64,000 bases of DNA from Chrysomallon squamiferum (GCA_012295275.1 CM022671.1:23250001-23314000), one strand, 5' to 3'; shown: positions 12,261-27,132, counted from the stretch's first letter. Notes: generated by a model from the letters alone, not told the origin. Translations and numbers: made by a program.

Positions 12261-13263
12261 TGAATACAAAAACATTTTTATATTGTTAACTTTTTTTCGT
12301 CTTTCCTTTTTTTTTTTTTTTATTTTATCCTTTCTTTTTTCTTCTTTTTTTTTTTTTGATATCTACATAATAAAATTTAAATTTCATTATTCGCGAAAAT
12401 CGATTCCGTATTGCATAATTTCTTAGGCACTTGTTTTTTGGAAGGTTTCTTGTTACATAATTTAAGGCACTGTCATTTTTTTTTTTATTCAGTTTGTTTA
12501 CTTTTAAAGTTATTTTGCTGTTCGCTCTTTATTATAGACAAGTTGTCATTTTTTTTTTTTTTTTTTTTAAAAACACAACACATTTTATGAGTTTTACCCT
12601 CAAAAACATAAACATCCAGAAAAAAAAAAAAAAAAAAACTGCCTTTGACAAGTTTCAATATTGATAACAAATTCGTAATTACAGATTATAATTATTAATG
12701 TCAAATATTTACTCCTACAATTGTTATGCAAATCGCTGTCATCCGCGATTCTTTATTAACCAATGCCAGGCAATCAAATTACCACGTGGTCGTAAACTAT
12801 CACGCTATACGGGGGACGTGCAAGGGCGCTTTTTTTTTAGTTTTTTTGGCTTTCGGTTCACCGAGAGGCACGGGCAGATTGGTTCAGCGACAATCGTCGT
12901 TTGTTCTCACGCGAATACTGACATTTGTTAGAAAATTTATTCGGCGCTTGTGTCGAGTAGTGTTTCACGTTTAACGGCCCCCTGTTTGATCTATGCACGA
13001 CAGCCATCATTCAGACAATGGTTCCAAATTTCCGTTTCCTTTTTTTTTTTTTTTGTGCCCGCGCAGGTTTCCTTGTTTTATGTCAGTTTCATGTTTTACC
13101 ACCACCACCACCACCACCCGCCCCGCCATCCAAACTTCTCTCCTGGGCACCTGTTATCTCACCTGTGGAAGGCTCCCGTCCTCGTTTCTTTAAGACTGTT
13201 GTGTCCACTTTAAATCTTGCAGTTTATTCGTATACAAATGAGGTTGTAAAAGAACGACAACTT

Positions 13264-13264
<1 letters not shown>

Positions 13265-13341
<77 letters not shown>
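13265..13341. repeat. (CA)n microsatellite
   Basis: Seen directly, with a few CG interruptions. Confidence 0.97.
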
Positions 13342-13342
<1 letters not shown>

Positions 13343-15199
13343 GTCCACCTGGCTATTTGAGATCCGCTTTAGTACGTATCACTTTTCACAGTTAAACTGG
13401 TGGATGTTCGCGTAAGATACGATTGTACGTGGGGGTGTAGACTATGTTTTTGTCTTTGCTCTAAATATCCCAAGTGACGATAACTAAATGTCTGTATGTA
13501 ACGAGTGTCTGTCCTGTTCGCTGTCATTCTCTATTCTCGTCAGTAATCTCTGTCTGTCTGGATATAAGAACGACAAAGTAAGCGGATAAATGATTGGTCT
13601 AATGTATTTATTTAATATATATATAAATATTTTGTTCCTATTTATTTATTTATTTATTTATTGTATTTTACTACTTTCCACATATGTCTAGTTTAAAACG
13701 AGTCATTATTAATCAGGCTGAAATTTCAGTATGAAGTTAAAACAAATGACAGGCTCTAATCGTTTTTTTTTTTTTAACATGTATAACTGACAGGTTTGTA
13801 CGTTTCCAACAAAAACATCAGCAAAATAATCAATCTGTAACTCACTTTAAAAAAAACAAAAACAAAACAACTAAAATATAACCCAAATCCATAGAAAACG
13901 CTGTGATAAATATTAAAATTTATACAACAGCTTTTCTTTGTCATACACTCAAATAGATATGAACAATTAAATTCCGCGTTAAAACGAAATAGAGCAAAAA
14001 CTTCATTTGTATACAGCTCTCTGACTGGTTACGCACGCCGATTTTAAAACTTCTCTTTTTTTGTTGTTGTTGTTGTTTAATGTTTTATTATTATTATCAA
14101 ATATAATCCGTCTTTTGTATCAGTTATATGGTTTGTGCGTAAATGTTGCCAAATGTGTTAAATTCTATATATTCCACTGTCAACAGAAATTTGCACGGCA
14201 TGAAAGAAAAATCGGAATCCTTGTCGCGGGTTCCGTAGGTGTGTCTGCGACATATTTTGCTCCACTGCTGTTAACCGATACAGTTTTCACGCGTCGATCT
14301 TATCGCTGGCGTTAATTAACATAATTTTGCCGTTTATCGTGTTGTTTTTCATTTATTACTAAATGACCGTCTCCTGTTTATTTCATAATCGAAATATTTT
14401 ATTAATAAAATTCCCTTTGAAAAAAAAAAAAAAAATAATAATAATAATAAATGCATTTAATAAACGAAATCTGCGTGAACAGTTTGAGATAATCTAGCTA
14501 GCTGTTGTCATAAAGATAAGATAGATAACGAAGCAATTTTCGTGTTGTATTGTGCAAATGTCTTATCTGTTCCTGCATGTGTTCTAATCTGTGAGTGGAT
14601 TAAATAATATGAGTGCAGATATCTGTATATCTGCATGTATGTTTTTATGTATATGTGTATGTGTGTGTGTATGTATATGTATGTATGTACGTATGTATGC
14701 GTGCATGTGTGTGTATATATGTGTATGTTTATGTGTATTTGTGTATATATTTGTAAAAGTGTGTGTCATTTACATGTTTATAGAGTGCATCTAATATATT
14801 AAATATTTCACAAACCCTATAAAATTAATCTGGAAGCAACTTTGTAGTCATGAAGGGAAAAAAAATGAAAGCAAGCGAAGATGTAAAAAAGAATAAATTA
14901 CGATTTACGTCCAACTCTGAATAAAGATTTCTCAAACAATGATTAGAGCTGTTTTATTTATACCTGTTCATGACAGGTTTTCTTAACGAACATATACAGT
15001 ATTACAAACACACCCGGTAAACTCCAACCACCTGTAAATTGTACATTATATATTTGGTGTTGAACATGTTTGACCCCGCTCCAGTCACAGAGAACAAATT
15101 CTTCATGTTATGACAAAGAACAAAAGCAGGCCGTTGAGTTAAACTTTGTTGTTACTGTTAGCTCTTTGAAGTTTCTTAACGTCTAACCATTGTTGTTAA

Positions 15200-15960
15200 C
15201 ACTTAGGAAAACGATATGGCCAACTTACTTCTCGTTTTCACGCGTTTGCTTTAAGTTAAACGATAATCAAATCAAAAACTCGGAACAAAAAAACCCAGCA
15301 AAAATAAAATTTGCCAGTGCTTGCACGTGCTCCGCTCGCGGGAATGAGGAAGGCGGGGGGACGGTGGATTGGGATGGACGTGAGTCGTGCCACACGTGAG
15401 AAATAGCTGTGTTTAAAAAAAAAAAAAAAAAAAAAAAGGCGCAACGTAACGTATTGTTCTCGTCAAATGGCGAGCCTGCAGGTTTCCTCTTCAAAGACTT
15501 TCTTGCCAACAACAGCCACCAGTAGAGTGCTAAACAGACTCGGGGGTCTTGTAAACTTCGCATCCTTTGCTCGAGGACGAGTCTGGGTAATCCCTGGAAC
15601 GTTTCACTAGTTGCAGCTGTGTTGGGATTCGACTGGTGAGCATTGCAGCGGCTCATGACTTGGTGAAAAGAACGCAGCCACCAAACTTATTTCGCCTCGC
15701 TCCACTCTGTGCTCGCCTTTGAACCGTGCATACAATGTTACAGAATCTTTTTATCACTGTGGCATCTGCCAATAACAAGACAAACACGGATCTAAGAGGG
15801 TCTTTTTACACCTTTCAAAGTATTAAAATTCCGCCATGAAAAGCTGTGTCAATGGAAAAGTGAGGCCAGTGGTATGTAATTCGTATCCTTCGATGCTGTT
15901 ACTTAAATCTCCACCCCTTCGGCCCGCGCACCCTCACGCTTAAGCCTGACTGCCAATAAT
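15200..15960. promoter_or_regulatory. Candidate intronic cis-regulatory module
   Basis: GC-richer island with two CACGTG E-boxes, an overlapping CGTGAGAA (CSL) site at 15395-15402, TAATCC and CTTTGAA. Confidence 0.4.
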
Positions 15961-16213
15961 GCTGTTCGGATTTCAGAACATTTAAGACTGTGTGTTCAGT
16001 TACCTAATTTCAGGAAAGAATGTTCTGAGTAATCTCTGTACAGTTAATTTATTCAATGATTCTTCCGCTAAAATGACGTTTGTCTCACGTTCTGTGCATG
16101 CATCGATTATCTCATCTCCTTTCCTGTATTCGAAACCTAATCGTATCATTTGAATAATTATATACATTTTAGACCTTTCTCTTTCTATCCAAGTGCTGAT
16201 TTGTTTTTAACAG

Positions 16214-16407
16214 TATGCATGTATGTATGTATGTATGTATGTATGTATGTATGTATGTATGTATGCATTTATGTATGCATTTATGTATATGTATAACTAT
16301 GTATATGTATGTATGTATGTATGTATATGTATATCTCTATGTATGCACATATATATGTATGTATGTATATGTATATCTCTATGTATGCACATATATATGT
16401 ATGTATG
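16214..16407. repeat. (TATG)n-derived microsatellite with an internal higher-order duplication
   Basis: TATG array; gtatgtatatgtatatctctatgtatgcacatatatat occurs twice. Confidence 0.9.
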
Positions 16408-17049
16408 AATATTAGTGCTCGTAGACGCACTTAAATATGCGGCATTCGCACTTTTTATTTCTGTGCATCAGTCTGTCATTCTGTTTATCTCGCTTTCCAT
16501 CTTCGTCTCTGTTTATCCATCTCGCTTCCGCAATTCATATTCCACCGTCTGTCTTCGCGCGTTAACTGTCATTCGCGATCTGTATTCGTGCACGTTTGGA
16601 GCATCCAGTCCGCAGATGCGCGCGGACCAGGCTTCGCTTAACAATACCGGGTGCGAAGAAGTCACTCGCACGCTGCCTAGTTCATCAACGAATTGTTAGT
16701 CCACGCCAAGAGTCAGCAGGGAGCTTGTTCTCGTAAATCGAATGACAATGACGCTATCGGCCATGCCGCGGATTTGCACCCAAACCATTGTGAAGAGCAG
16801 CAAAGCGAAAAATCGAATTAACCACAACGGGGCCCATAACTATAACTGAGTTTCTATGGTAACGCGAATGAAATTATGCCATCTGAGTGGACACAGAGTT
16901 TATAAAAATCTCCCGAGTTTTTGTGTGAACTTGACAAACGTTGTTTGATTTAGTTCGCGGTTTTGATGGAAGAAAAATAGACTCGTTTACGTTGATCTTG
17001 GAAACCGCTTGATTCAAATCGAGCGTATAATTATAACATATTCGAAGTC

Positions 17050-17083
<34 letters not shown>

Positions 17084-17206
17084 GTATGCCTAGACGTCCG
17101 GTTGAATGTATTTTAATTTCTTTCTGCTTGACATCTGTTTAATCTAAGTTTTCTTAAATAAATCAGAAATATGTACTGTGTAAGTAAACGTTTTCTTTCT
17201 CAATCT

Positions 17207-17246
<40 letters not shown>

Positions 17247-18871
17247 TTCTCTGTCATTTACCCCCTCCCTCTCTTTTCTTTCTCTCTTTTGCGAATGCAT
17301 TCTCTTTTTTTATGTTTTATATTATTCAGAAATCAAGGTAATAAATTAAAATAAAAATTCTGAAATTCTTTCGAAAATACCACAGAACAGTTAGTATGTC
17401 TTTGTTATTCAGCGCCAGATACCTGCTCTGTGTCTAACCTCTGCCCTAAAGGCAGCAGCAGAATAGCAGGAAAGGGACAGAACCACGAACATGCACGTTA
17501 ATGTGCAGGCTGTATTTAAAATAAACATTATGGGTCCGAGGAATAAACTAGAGAGTTAGTTTTATTGCCTCGAGCTTCCTTCATTCCAATACACTATCAT
17601 GGTGGCAGATTCGTCTGTTGCATATGTTCGCACAAATCGATGTGTTTTGTTGAGCAAACTTGACAGCTTTTTAATAGGTTGGTAAACCGAACCCTTTTGT
17701 TTGATATAATATAATAACAAGCAGTTTTGCTTCTTTTTTTTTTTTCTTTTCTCTTCTTCTTTTTTCTTTTTTTAATTTTTTTTTTAAAGATAATTTGACA
17801 CATACTAATCTGATGTAAGCTTAAGACGACGTTAATGACTGCAGATGTCTGTTTATTTGTTTGTTTATTTATATATATTTTATTTTTTTTATATATTTTT
17901 ATTCTCATTTAATGGTGTGTCATGAAGTCAATTTTGAAACCGGCAATAATAATGGCAGCTGTTTATTGATGTCATTTAATTTTTTTTATAAAAACATTCT
18001 TTTGTTGTGTTAGTGTTTTCCAGATTATAACATTGACATTTAGTGTTCCAGTTTTAAAAAATACTAGATTTTATCTGCGTACCTGATTATGTTATTTTTT
18101 TTTATATTTTTTTATTATGGATTGACTGATTTGTTTTTTATTCAAAAACACAACCAACTTTAAACACAGAAAAAAAAAAAATTAATATTAAAACTAAAAA
18201 CAAGATAAAATAAAATAAAACAAACAATGCATGAACGTATTAATAAATGAATGAAAAATATGACTACACCAACACGTCTTCTATGGCAAAGAAAAAAAAA
18301 AAGGTCGAAGACTACAAACACAAAACAAGACAAACACTTGACTTTCTTGTTGTTGTTGTTGTTTTTATGCCCCAAGTATTGGTCTTTGGACGTGGTCAAT
18401 TTTTTTTTTTTTTGCTTTCTCCTTCGACCATCTCGAACAACTGGAGGCAAGATTCTCGAGACGGCGTCCAAATCCCTCTGGAATAGCTTCCTCATTTCGT
18501 TAGCCACTCGAGCATTTACAACACTTAATTCCGGCCATCTGAGCGCCCTAACCCCTCCTATCGATCCGCTGTGAATCGCATATTAATGTTTCACCGAGGA
18601 TTCCATCGTCGAGCTTGGCTAATCCTTGGCTTTAACGTGGTCTGAAATTTTTCAAAGGAAACGGCTTGCAGAATTGGTAATGAGAAAGTCGTTATTCGCG
18701 ATTCCGAACACGACGAGAAGAAATGTATAAAATTATCATACTCTGATGTTGTCAGTGCTCAAGGGCTGAATTTTTTTTTTTTTTTTTTTTTTTATAAGAA
18801 AGTGGAATCCAGTTACACACACTGATGTCGTTATTTATTTATTTATTTATTTATTATTATTATTTATTTGT

Positions 18872-18902
<31 letters not shown>

Positions 18903-19189
18903 CATTATTTATTACAGTAGAAAAAAAAAAGGAAAGAAAGAAAAGGAATAAAAAAAAAAGAAACGAAAAAATTAAAATGCATGCTTTATCGATACTGTTG
19001 AATAATAAATAAACAAAATTATCGGTGAAAAAAGAAAAGCCACATATTTATGATACCACTGAATAAATAAACGAGGTTATCCATGAATGAATGAAAGAAT
19101 GAAAGAATTATTCAGTGGGGAGAAAAAAAAAAGAGAATGAGTATCAAGATACAAATCAGCGAGTGAATCCTCGTAACAGTGAATTGCTG

Positions 19190-19310
19190 AATAAACGAAG
19201 GAAATATTTGCGAAGAATTAAAGAGAGACAAGCATAATAAACGAAGGAAATATTTGCGAAGAATTAAAGAGAGACAAGCATAATAAACGACAGAACACGC
19301 GAAGATTAAA
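19190..19310. repeat. Tandem duplication, 2 x 46 bp perfect copies plus a degenerate third copy
   Basis: aataaacgaaggaaatatttgcgaagaattaaagagagacaagcat at 19190 and 19236, followed by a diverged aataaacgac...gcgaagattaaa from 19282. Confidence 0.95.
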
Positions 19311-20912
19311 TGTAATTGTGTACACTAACGTTTAAGCTGAAAGAAAAGAAACAAATGTTGATGTTATTCCATTTAGCTTAATAACTTTTTAAAGTGAAAA
19401 ACAAACAAAAAGAAAGAAATCACACAAAACAATGGTACACTTGTTAAAATTTATACGGAACACAACAAGAGATTTTTTATTTTTTTTTATTTTTTTGAAA
19501 GTCCAAATTGTTTCGCGTTATCATTTCTTGTTCTCTTTGAAGTCGGCCACAAAATGTTTCCTGTTTTTCTCTTTCACTTTTGTCAGTGTTCTCGAGATTT
19601 TGCCTCGCTCGCTTTTTCTTCTTCGTCTTCTTCTTCTTCTTCTTCTTCACCCCCATTTTTATCCTTCAGTGTCTCCGGACTCGGCGTTCCGACTCGCCGT
19701 TCTGGCTAAACTCACCAAGGTGTCACTGATACCAAGTAACGCTATCTGGCAAGTTTCTCAATCTACTTTTGATGTTTGTGTTGTTCAAAGACGCGCAGTG
19801 TCGATCAGCGCAAGCGGTACTTGGTTTTGTTTTGTAATGCAACTCGCTGTCGCCTGCAACAAAGATATAACCACTTCAACGCCGAGATCCTTTCTCTCTC
19901 GAAACTTTCCTTAAAAGAAACGCTTGTTTGTTTCAAGAAAGAAACAAGTTTTTTTGTTTTTTTTTTGTTTTTTTCTTGTCTAACATAACGAGACATTCTT
20001 TTTCTTTCTTTCTTTCTTTTTTTTATTGTTTTTCTTCTTCTTCTTTTTTTTTTTTAATTCTTTCTTTCTTGTTTTTCTTTTTTTTTTCTTGTTTTTTTCA
20101 TTTTTTGTTGTTGTTTTTTTGTACTTTACGTCGCTGTTTAGGGTTTTACTTATTTTTATCTAATTTTTTTTTTTTTTTTTTTCAGTTCTTGTTACAATAT
20201 CTCTGTATTGAACAGAAATTATCTGCTGTTTATTTCGTTTCTAAAATTATTCTAATTATTGTAATTTTCTTCTAATTTAAAAACTAAATACTTAACCACA
20301 ACAGGCTTTAAAATATGAGATTTTTGTTTGGGTGTTACGTTCTTGTTGTTATTGATACTCTTGTTATTTTTTTGTGGTTGGAGATTGAGAAAACTGTTTT
20401 AGGATCTTTGTTTATTCCTTGTTATTTTTTCTTTGTTCTTTTTCTTTTTATTTATTTATTTATTTTCTATTTATTTTCTAAATATTAAAACAATAAAAAC
20501 GTTATTTCGCTTTGATTTTTCTGACGCTAACAAAAAGAATGAAATCTTTATAGTGTTTGGGAATCGACGTTTTTGAAAATACAATAATTTTTCAATTAAT
20601 AACAAACTCCGTATTCAGCTTTTTTTTTTCCCTTTTGTTTTGTAAGTATTTGTTTTCCAATAATTTTTGCATTTAAATCGTTTCAATTTTAATAATTTTA
20701 TTCAATAATTCAGCAATAAAAATGCTTTTCAAAAAGCTGACTTCGTTGAAGTTGTGAGACTGTCAATTTTAAATATTTAATTGATGTCGCATATGTTGTA
20801 ATATAGATTTTGTGACTTACAGATTTCATTTTTAAAAAGAAAATATAACAATAATTTTGATGGAGTTTTAACTTCTGGATATCAATTATATGAACTTTTT
20901 TATTTTTTTTTA

Positions 20913-20943
<31 letters not shown>

Positions 20944-23900
20944 TCTCCCCTTGTTCCGTATTTTTTCTTTCTTTCATTTCATACGTGTGTTTGTCTTCTA
21001 AATTTTATTTATTTATCTCTTTATTTGTATGTTTGTCTGTTTAGTTATTATTATTTTGTTTTTCTGTTTTCTTCTGGTTTCTTCTCATTCTTTCAGTTTT
21101 TCTTTCTTTCTTTCTGACTTAAAAACTGAATTTATTTTTCATTTGTAAATTTTTTTTTTTTTTAATTTATTTAATTTCTTGTCTACTCCTCTCTTTAACT
21201 GTTCGTTTCATTCCATCATTCATTTGTCAGATTTTGTTTCAGTCCTTCCACCCATTTTCATTTAGTTCGAACAAACATAAATTTTCTGAATTATTTTTAT
21301 TTATTTTATTTCTTATTTGTTATAAGATAGCTTTGATCGTTTCTTGTGTTCTTTCTTTCATCTATCAGTCTATTTCTCCTTTCTGTTTTTTTTTTTCCCA
21401 TCCATTTCTATTCAGTTTGAAGAGACTTTAAATTTCAAAACTGTTCTTTTGTATAATTTGTCTTTTCTGTCTTTCCCACCCATTTTCTTTCAAGTTAAGC
21501 AGATTTCGCTATTCTGTTTGTTTGATTTGTGGTTGTCAGTCTTTCAGTGTATCTCTTTTTCTTTCCTTTATCATTCTGTCTTTCTTTTCTTCTTTCTTTC
21601 TTTTCTTCTTTTTTCCTTCCTTCTTTTGTCATCCTTATTTTTTTTTTTCTTTCTTTCTGTTTTTTTTTTCTCATCATTCATTCCTTCTTTCTCGTCTTTC
21701 TTCTTGCTTTCTTTATCATCATTATTTTACTTATTTCTTTCTTACTTCGTTTCTTTCTTTCATTATTCCATCATTTCTTTCTTCCGATATTTTCTCTCAT
21801 TCCAAAGACTCTCTTTGTTTCCTCCATCCCCCAACATTAGAAATGAAGAGAATAATTAGCATTACATAAATAAATAAATAAATAAATAAAATAACACAGG
21901 ACTGATTACTACAATTCGTTGCACGCTTGCACAGAACTCCATTTGTGTTTTCTCGGTAACAGCATCACGTTTGTTACAAATATCTTGCGATGAAATCTTC
22001 TCTCTTCTCTTCTTTTCTCTCCTGTTTCCTTACCTGACTGCGCCTTGCCGCAATGGTGACGTTAAACCCACCCAAACTTCTATTATTCTCGCACAGCGGG
22101 TTGCCATAACAGTATTCTTAGAGAACGGTGTTTTCTTTCTGAAAGATGAAACCCTAATGCCACACACGTTCACCTGAAAGTTTCTTTATTTTGGATAAAG
22201 AAGGAGAATTGTCTTTTCTTTCAATTTTTTTTTTTTTTTAAGTTTTAAATTTTTATTATTTTTTGTTAAAATAGAAGGTTTTACCTGAGGTTGGTAGTTT
22301 GAAGGTAAAAAAAATTGTCATCTGTAGCCGTTGTTTGTCTGTCAGGTTGAATTTGAAACATCCATCGATAACTCAGTGAAATTTTTATTTGTGCTTGTGT
22401 TTAATTTCATTGTCTGTTTCTTCTTTTGTTTTGCTTGTATATGGTAATGGGAGGTTAGATAAAAGTAAAAAAAAATAATAATAATAAAGAAAGAAAAAAA
22501 ACCCAAAAAGCAAACAAACAAAAATTGAATATAATAAATAAACAAATAAACAAACAAATGAATAAATAAGTAAATAAATAAATATTTTAGAAAAAAATAA
22601 AACCTTAGTAAAAGAAATATATAAATATTTATTATAAAATTATAGCTATAATTACATACTATTCATACACTAGACATTTTTATCATCATCATCATCATTA
22701 TCACCATCATCATCATCATTACCACCACCATCGTTATTGTTTTAATTTAACTCTTAATTTGCAGAAACTCACAAATAATAATAAATGTATGGAAATAAAT
22801 TAGTATTGTTGAAGTAATTACAATAAATTAAACAATTAAAATTTACATAAAATTTAAATGATATTACGAAATTGTATTTTAAATTTATTTAATGATGAAT
22901 GTTGTAAGACAAAATTTACTTATATATAATTCATTTTACCAGAAATTTATAGTTTATCATTTTTAGAGAAATTTTCATCAAATTATTTCTGTTTCATTGT
23001 GTGCAAAAATAAATGTAACATGTGGAATTAAAATAAGTTTACTTTAGTTTCGTATTTCTTTGGAAAAATATTAATTAAGAAAAAAAAGAAAAAGTTTTGT
23101 TTTTAAATTTCTTTTTTCATGAAAATTTGGTATAATTCCAAAAAAAAAAAAGAATTAGACAAAAGAAAAATAAATTTAAAATTGTTTTAAAAAATCATTA
23201 AGTTTAATATAATAAATAAAGGCGTTTACTAAAGCTTTGTTTTTTCTTGACAAATTAATAGAAAAGAAAGACTAAAACAAATATTAGAAACTATGTAAAT
23301 AAAAACACGATAAAAACACGGTTTTCTTCAGAAACAAAGATATATTAAAAGATAAAAACAATAGAAAAAGAAAGAAACAATAAAACAAGCACTGAAACAA
23401 AAAAAATTGAAAATAAAACACTGTTTCGTATGTTTCGATAAGCATGTAATATTTTTAAATAACAAATATTATGAACTGTAAAATAAAAAGTTCAGTAGAT
23501 AACTTCGTATTTCTTCAAGATCTTGCATTAAAAAAAAATAATAATAAAAAAATAAATAAAATATAATAAAATAAAATAAAATGATAGTAATAAAACAGTA
23601 AAACGTGAAAGTAAATAAACTTGACATTGTTTCGTATTTCTTTTCAAAAAATTAAAAAAAAAAATGAAAATAAAAACCTCATTACACAGTTTCATATTAC
23701 GAAGAAAAACAAAAGAAGATGTTCTGTGCCATTTTTTCTTTTTTTCTCTTCTTCCTTCTTTCTTCTTCTTCTACTCTTTTTATTTTTATTTTTTTAAATT
23801 TTTATCTTGCATCTGTAGCCAATCTATCGCGTGTTATGCGAGACAAAACCCAGTATTTCTTTCTGCATGGGGTCGTTCATTGGATAAACACCCCTGAAGG

Positions 23901-24324
23901 CATTTTCTACCCAAACCAAACTTTTCACTCCGGACTTTTCAAAATCTTCATTCTGACGGGAATCGTAGTGTTTTTGTTCGACGACGAAATGGCCAAAGGG
24001 AAAAAAAAAAAAAAAAAAAAAAATCCGGCGTTTGTCACTTCCCAGCTTTTCAAATTTTTTTTTTTTTTTTTTTTTTTGTTGCGACTTGGATACGGAGTTT
24101 TGTACTAGAAACGCAACACCAACAAGGCCAGTGTTTGAGAGAGTTATAATCCAAATCAGCTGTTTTCCCTCTCACAGGAGAAAATGTGTGAAATTCTATC
24201 TAGGTGCGTGTAACAATAGTGCCGATGTAAACTGAGACGGTAAATATGTTATTCTTAGGTTCACTGCTTTTGTTTCGCCTTTCCTCGCGTTTGCAACAAA
24301 ACGATCACATGAATTTTCCTCGTC

Positions 24325-24328
<4 letters not shown>

Positions 24329-24397
<69 letters not shown>
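24329..24397. repeat. (CT)n microsatellite
   Basis: Seen directly. Confidence 0.97.
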
Positions 24398-24401
<4 letters not shown>

Positions 24402-25082
24402 GTTCCCGGAGGGGATGAACTGTACATTGATAAAAAAAAAAAAGAAAGGGAGGTACTGAGTGAGGTGTTGAAATCGGGAAAGGTTTCATTCATCCAAGAA
24501 ATAATACACAGCAACAACAACTACAACAATAACAACTACTACTACAACTACAACTACTACTACTACTACCACTACTACCACAACTAATGCTGTAACTACT
24601 GCTAATACTAGAACTACCATTGCAACTATGACTTCCACTAACATTATTACTATAGCTACAATTACTATTACTACTACTGTCACTACAGGGAATAGACAGT
24701 AATAAATGGTACGTATAGGAAAATAAATTATCTTCGTCAAATAGCCCAGACAAGTCTAACATAAATGAGTTATCCAAACTTAGACCTGACTGAAATGGAA
24801 TAACATATAAAATCGAAAGTGTCATAGATTTTTTTCTCCCGGTCTCTGTCAGATGTGTTCTGAAACTAATAGTAAAATTAAAATTATAACGGTTTTTATT
24901 TTAATTATCCGAGTTAGGAATAAGCAAAAGAAAAAAATCAACAGTTACAGAAGCAACAATAATAACCATGACAACAAAAATAATAATAATTTTATAATTA
25001 ATAACTAATGTTGATGAAAATGATGATGTGTTAGTAATAATAATAACGACAACAATAGTAATAGCAGTAGTAATTATAATAA

Positions 25083-25147
<65 letters not shown>
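25083..25147. repeat. (AAT)n microsatellite
   Basis: Seen directly. Confidence 0.97.
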
Positions 25148-25151
<4 letters not shown>

Positions 25152-27083
25152 TAATAATAAATAAATAAATAAATAATATGTCTTAATTAAACAGTGTTCG
25201 ATGTATTTCATAAAATATTCTAAATCTGTTCGTGAACAAAATAAAACTGCCATAACAAAGATACATTTTTTTTTCGTTCTTTTTAAATTTTAAGTTTTTA
25301 TTTTATTTTTTTTCATTTCTATATAATCCTTTTTGTTCGTAAATCATTTCTGACAACCACATGTTGCGTTTCTTATAAAAGGATAATGTAAAATAATAAA
25401 AGTTGAGATTTAATTTTGTTTGCTTTACTGTCTAATGTCAGACGAACGGGAGAGAGGGGGGGTTGGTACAGACCGAAATAAGATTCGGACATAAAAAGTT
25501 GAGAAATTCAGAAAATCATCTTTCTTCAACAACAACACACTGTTTCATTCATCTAGCAATAAAACCTGATCCACGTGATGTTAATGTCTGTATAATCAGT
25601 GACGAAGATAATTCATATTATCATATACGATACAGAATATCGGCAAAAACGAGTTATCAAATAATTTCTGTTGTTACCCGCTTTGAAGTTTTTTATTCTT
25701 TCTTTCAGTTTTTTTTTTTTTTAAATTTTTATTATTTCTTTTTCTGTTTCTTTGTTGTTGTTGTTTTTATACACACTCTTTCTCTCTCTTTTTTCTCTTT
25801 CTTTTTTTTTTTTTCTTTTTTTTGTTTTTTTATTCTGTCTTTCGCTTTTTATGTTTTTTTTAAATTTCATACTTTCTTTTTTGCATCTTTAATGTTTTTT
25901 TCTATTTGTTTTGTTTTTTTCTATTTTTTCTTTTTCTTTTTAGTTTTACTTTTTTTCTATCTTCTTTATCTTCCTTGTTCGTTTGTGTCTTTGTTTATTC
26001 TTTGTTGTTGTTTTTTTAAATATATTTATTAATATATTTCATTAAACAGATAATTTTTTTATTATTATTATTATTATTATCATTCCAGCCTTAATTAATT
26101 TTCTAGCATTTATAGTAGTAGTCGTTATTGTTGTTGCAGCAGTAGAAGTGATAGATGTTGTAACAGCGGGTGCAATAATTACTGTATTAGTAGTAGTAGT
26201 AGTAGCTGCGCAGGAGTAGTAGTAGCAGCAGAATCAAAAGTAATTCAAAATTTCTCATTCTGTCAAAAGTCTTTACCCTAACCTTTACACGTGTTATCTT
26301 TTCTGGGACTTCTTTAATTGAAGAATTCCAGTATGTGCCTTCGAGACCATTTGTATGGCGTCTACATCTGTTGTGACATGAGAGCCAGGGCAAACGTAGC
26401 AGTAGGACGTAGTCGACGGCCTGTCACACGTTGGGAAACCCCTTCATTTCCCTGTCTTTCGCCGGCCTGTGGGCTGTAAAGTGACACCGAGAAAATTATC
26501 TTTTAATTCTCTTGTTGGTCTCGGCACGAAAGTTGTAACATGCACGCCAGCTACAAAGGATCCCAAACTGTTCCTCTGAGGTCCTCACTGAAATCAATAC
26601 AGTTCTGTTCTGATTGCAGAGGTCAAACGATTCTCTTCACTGTAACTAGCTGGGGTTAAGTGACGAAAATTAGAACGTTCAACTATAAAGACCTGTTATC
26701 ACATTCATTTTTAAAGACAGATCTATTCTTGCTCTTTTTTTTTTTTTTTTTTTTTACTCTAAAGAGAGAAGGAAGAGATGAAAAAAATAAAATAAATTTT
26801 TTTTGGCATGAAAACAGAACCTCATGATTAACTAAGCTGTGTTAGAATAATGATCCGTAATTATACTTCAGTTATATTTTACATATAGTAAGAAAATATA
26901 TATATATAATTTTATATATATATGTATATATATATATATTTTTTATTTTTTTATTTTGGAGAAATATTGTGACGAAATATTTTAAAATATTTTTAATATT
27001 ATGGTACAACACCTGGTTTCGTGATAACGATGTGACAAAAGTGGGTAAATACATAAATGCATACATACATACATACATACATA

Positions 27084-27132
<49 letters not shown>

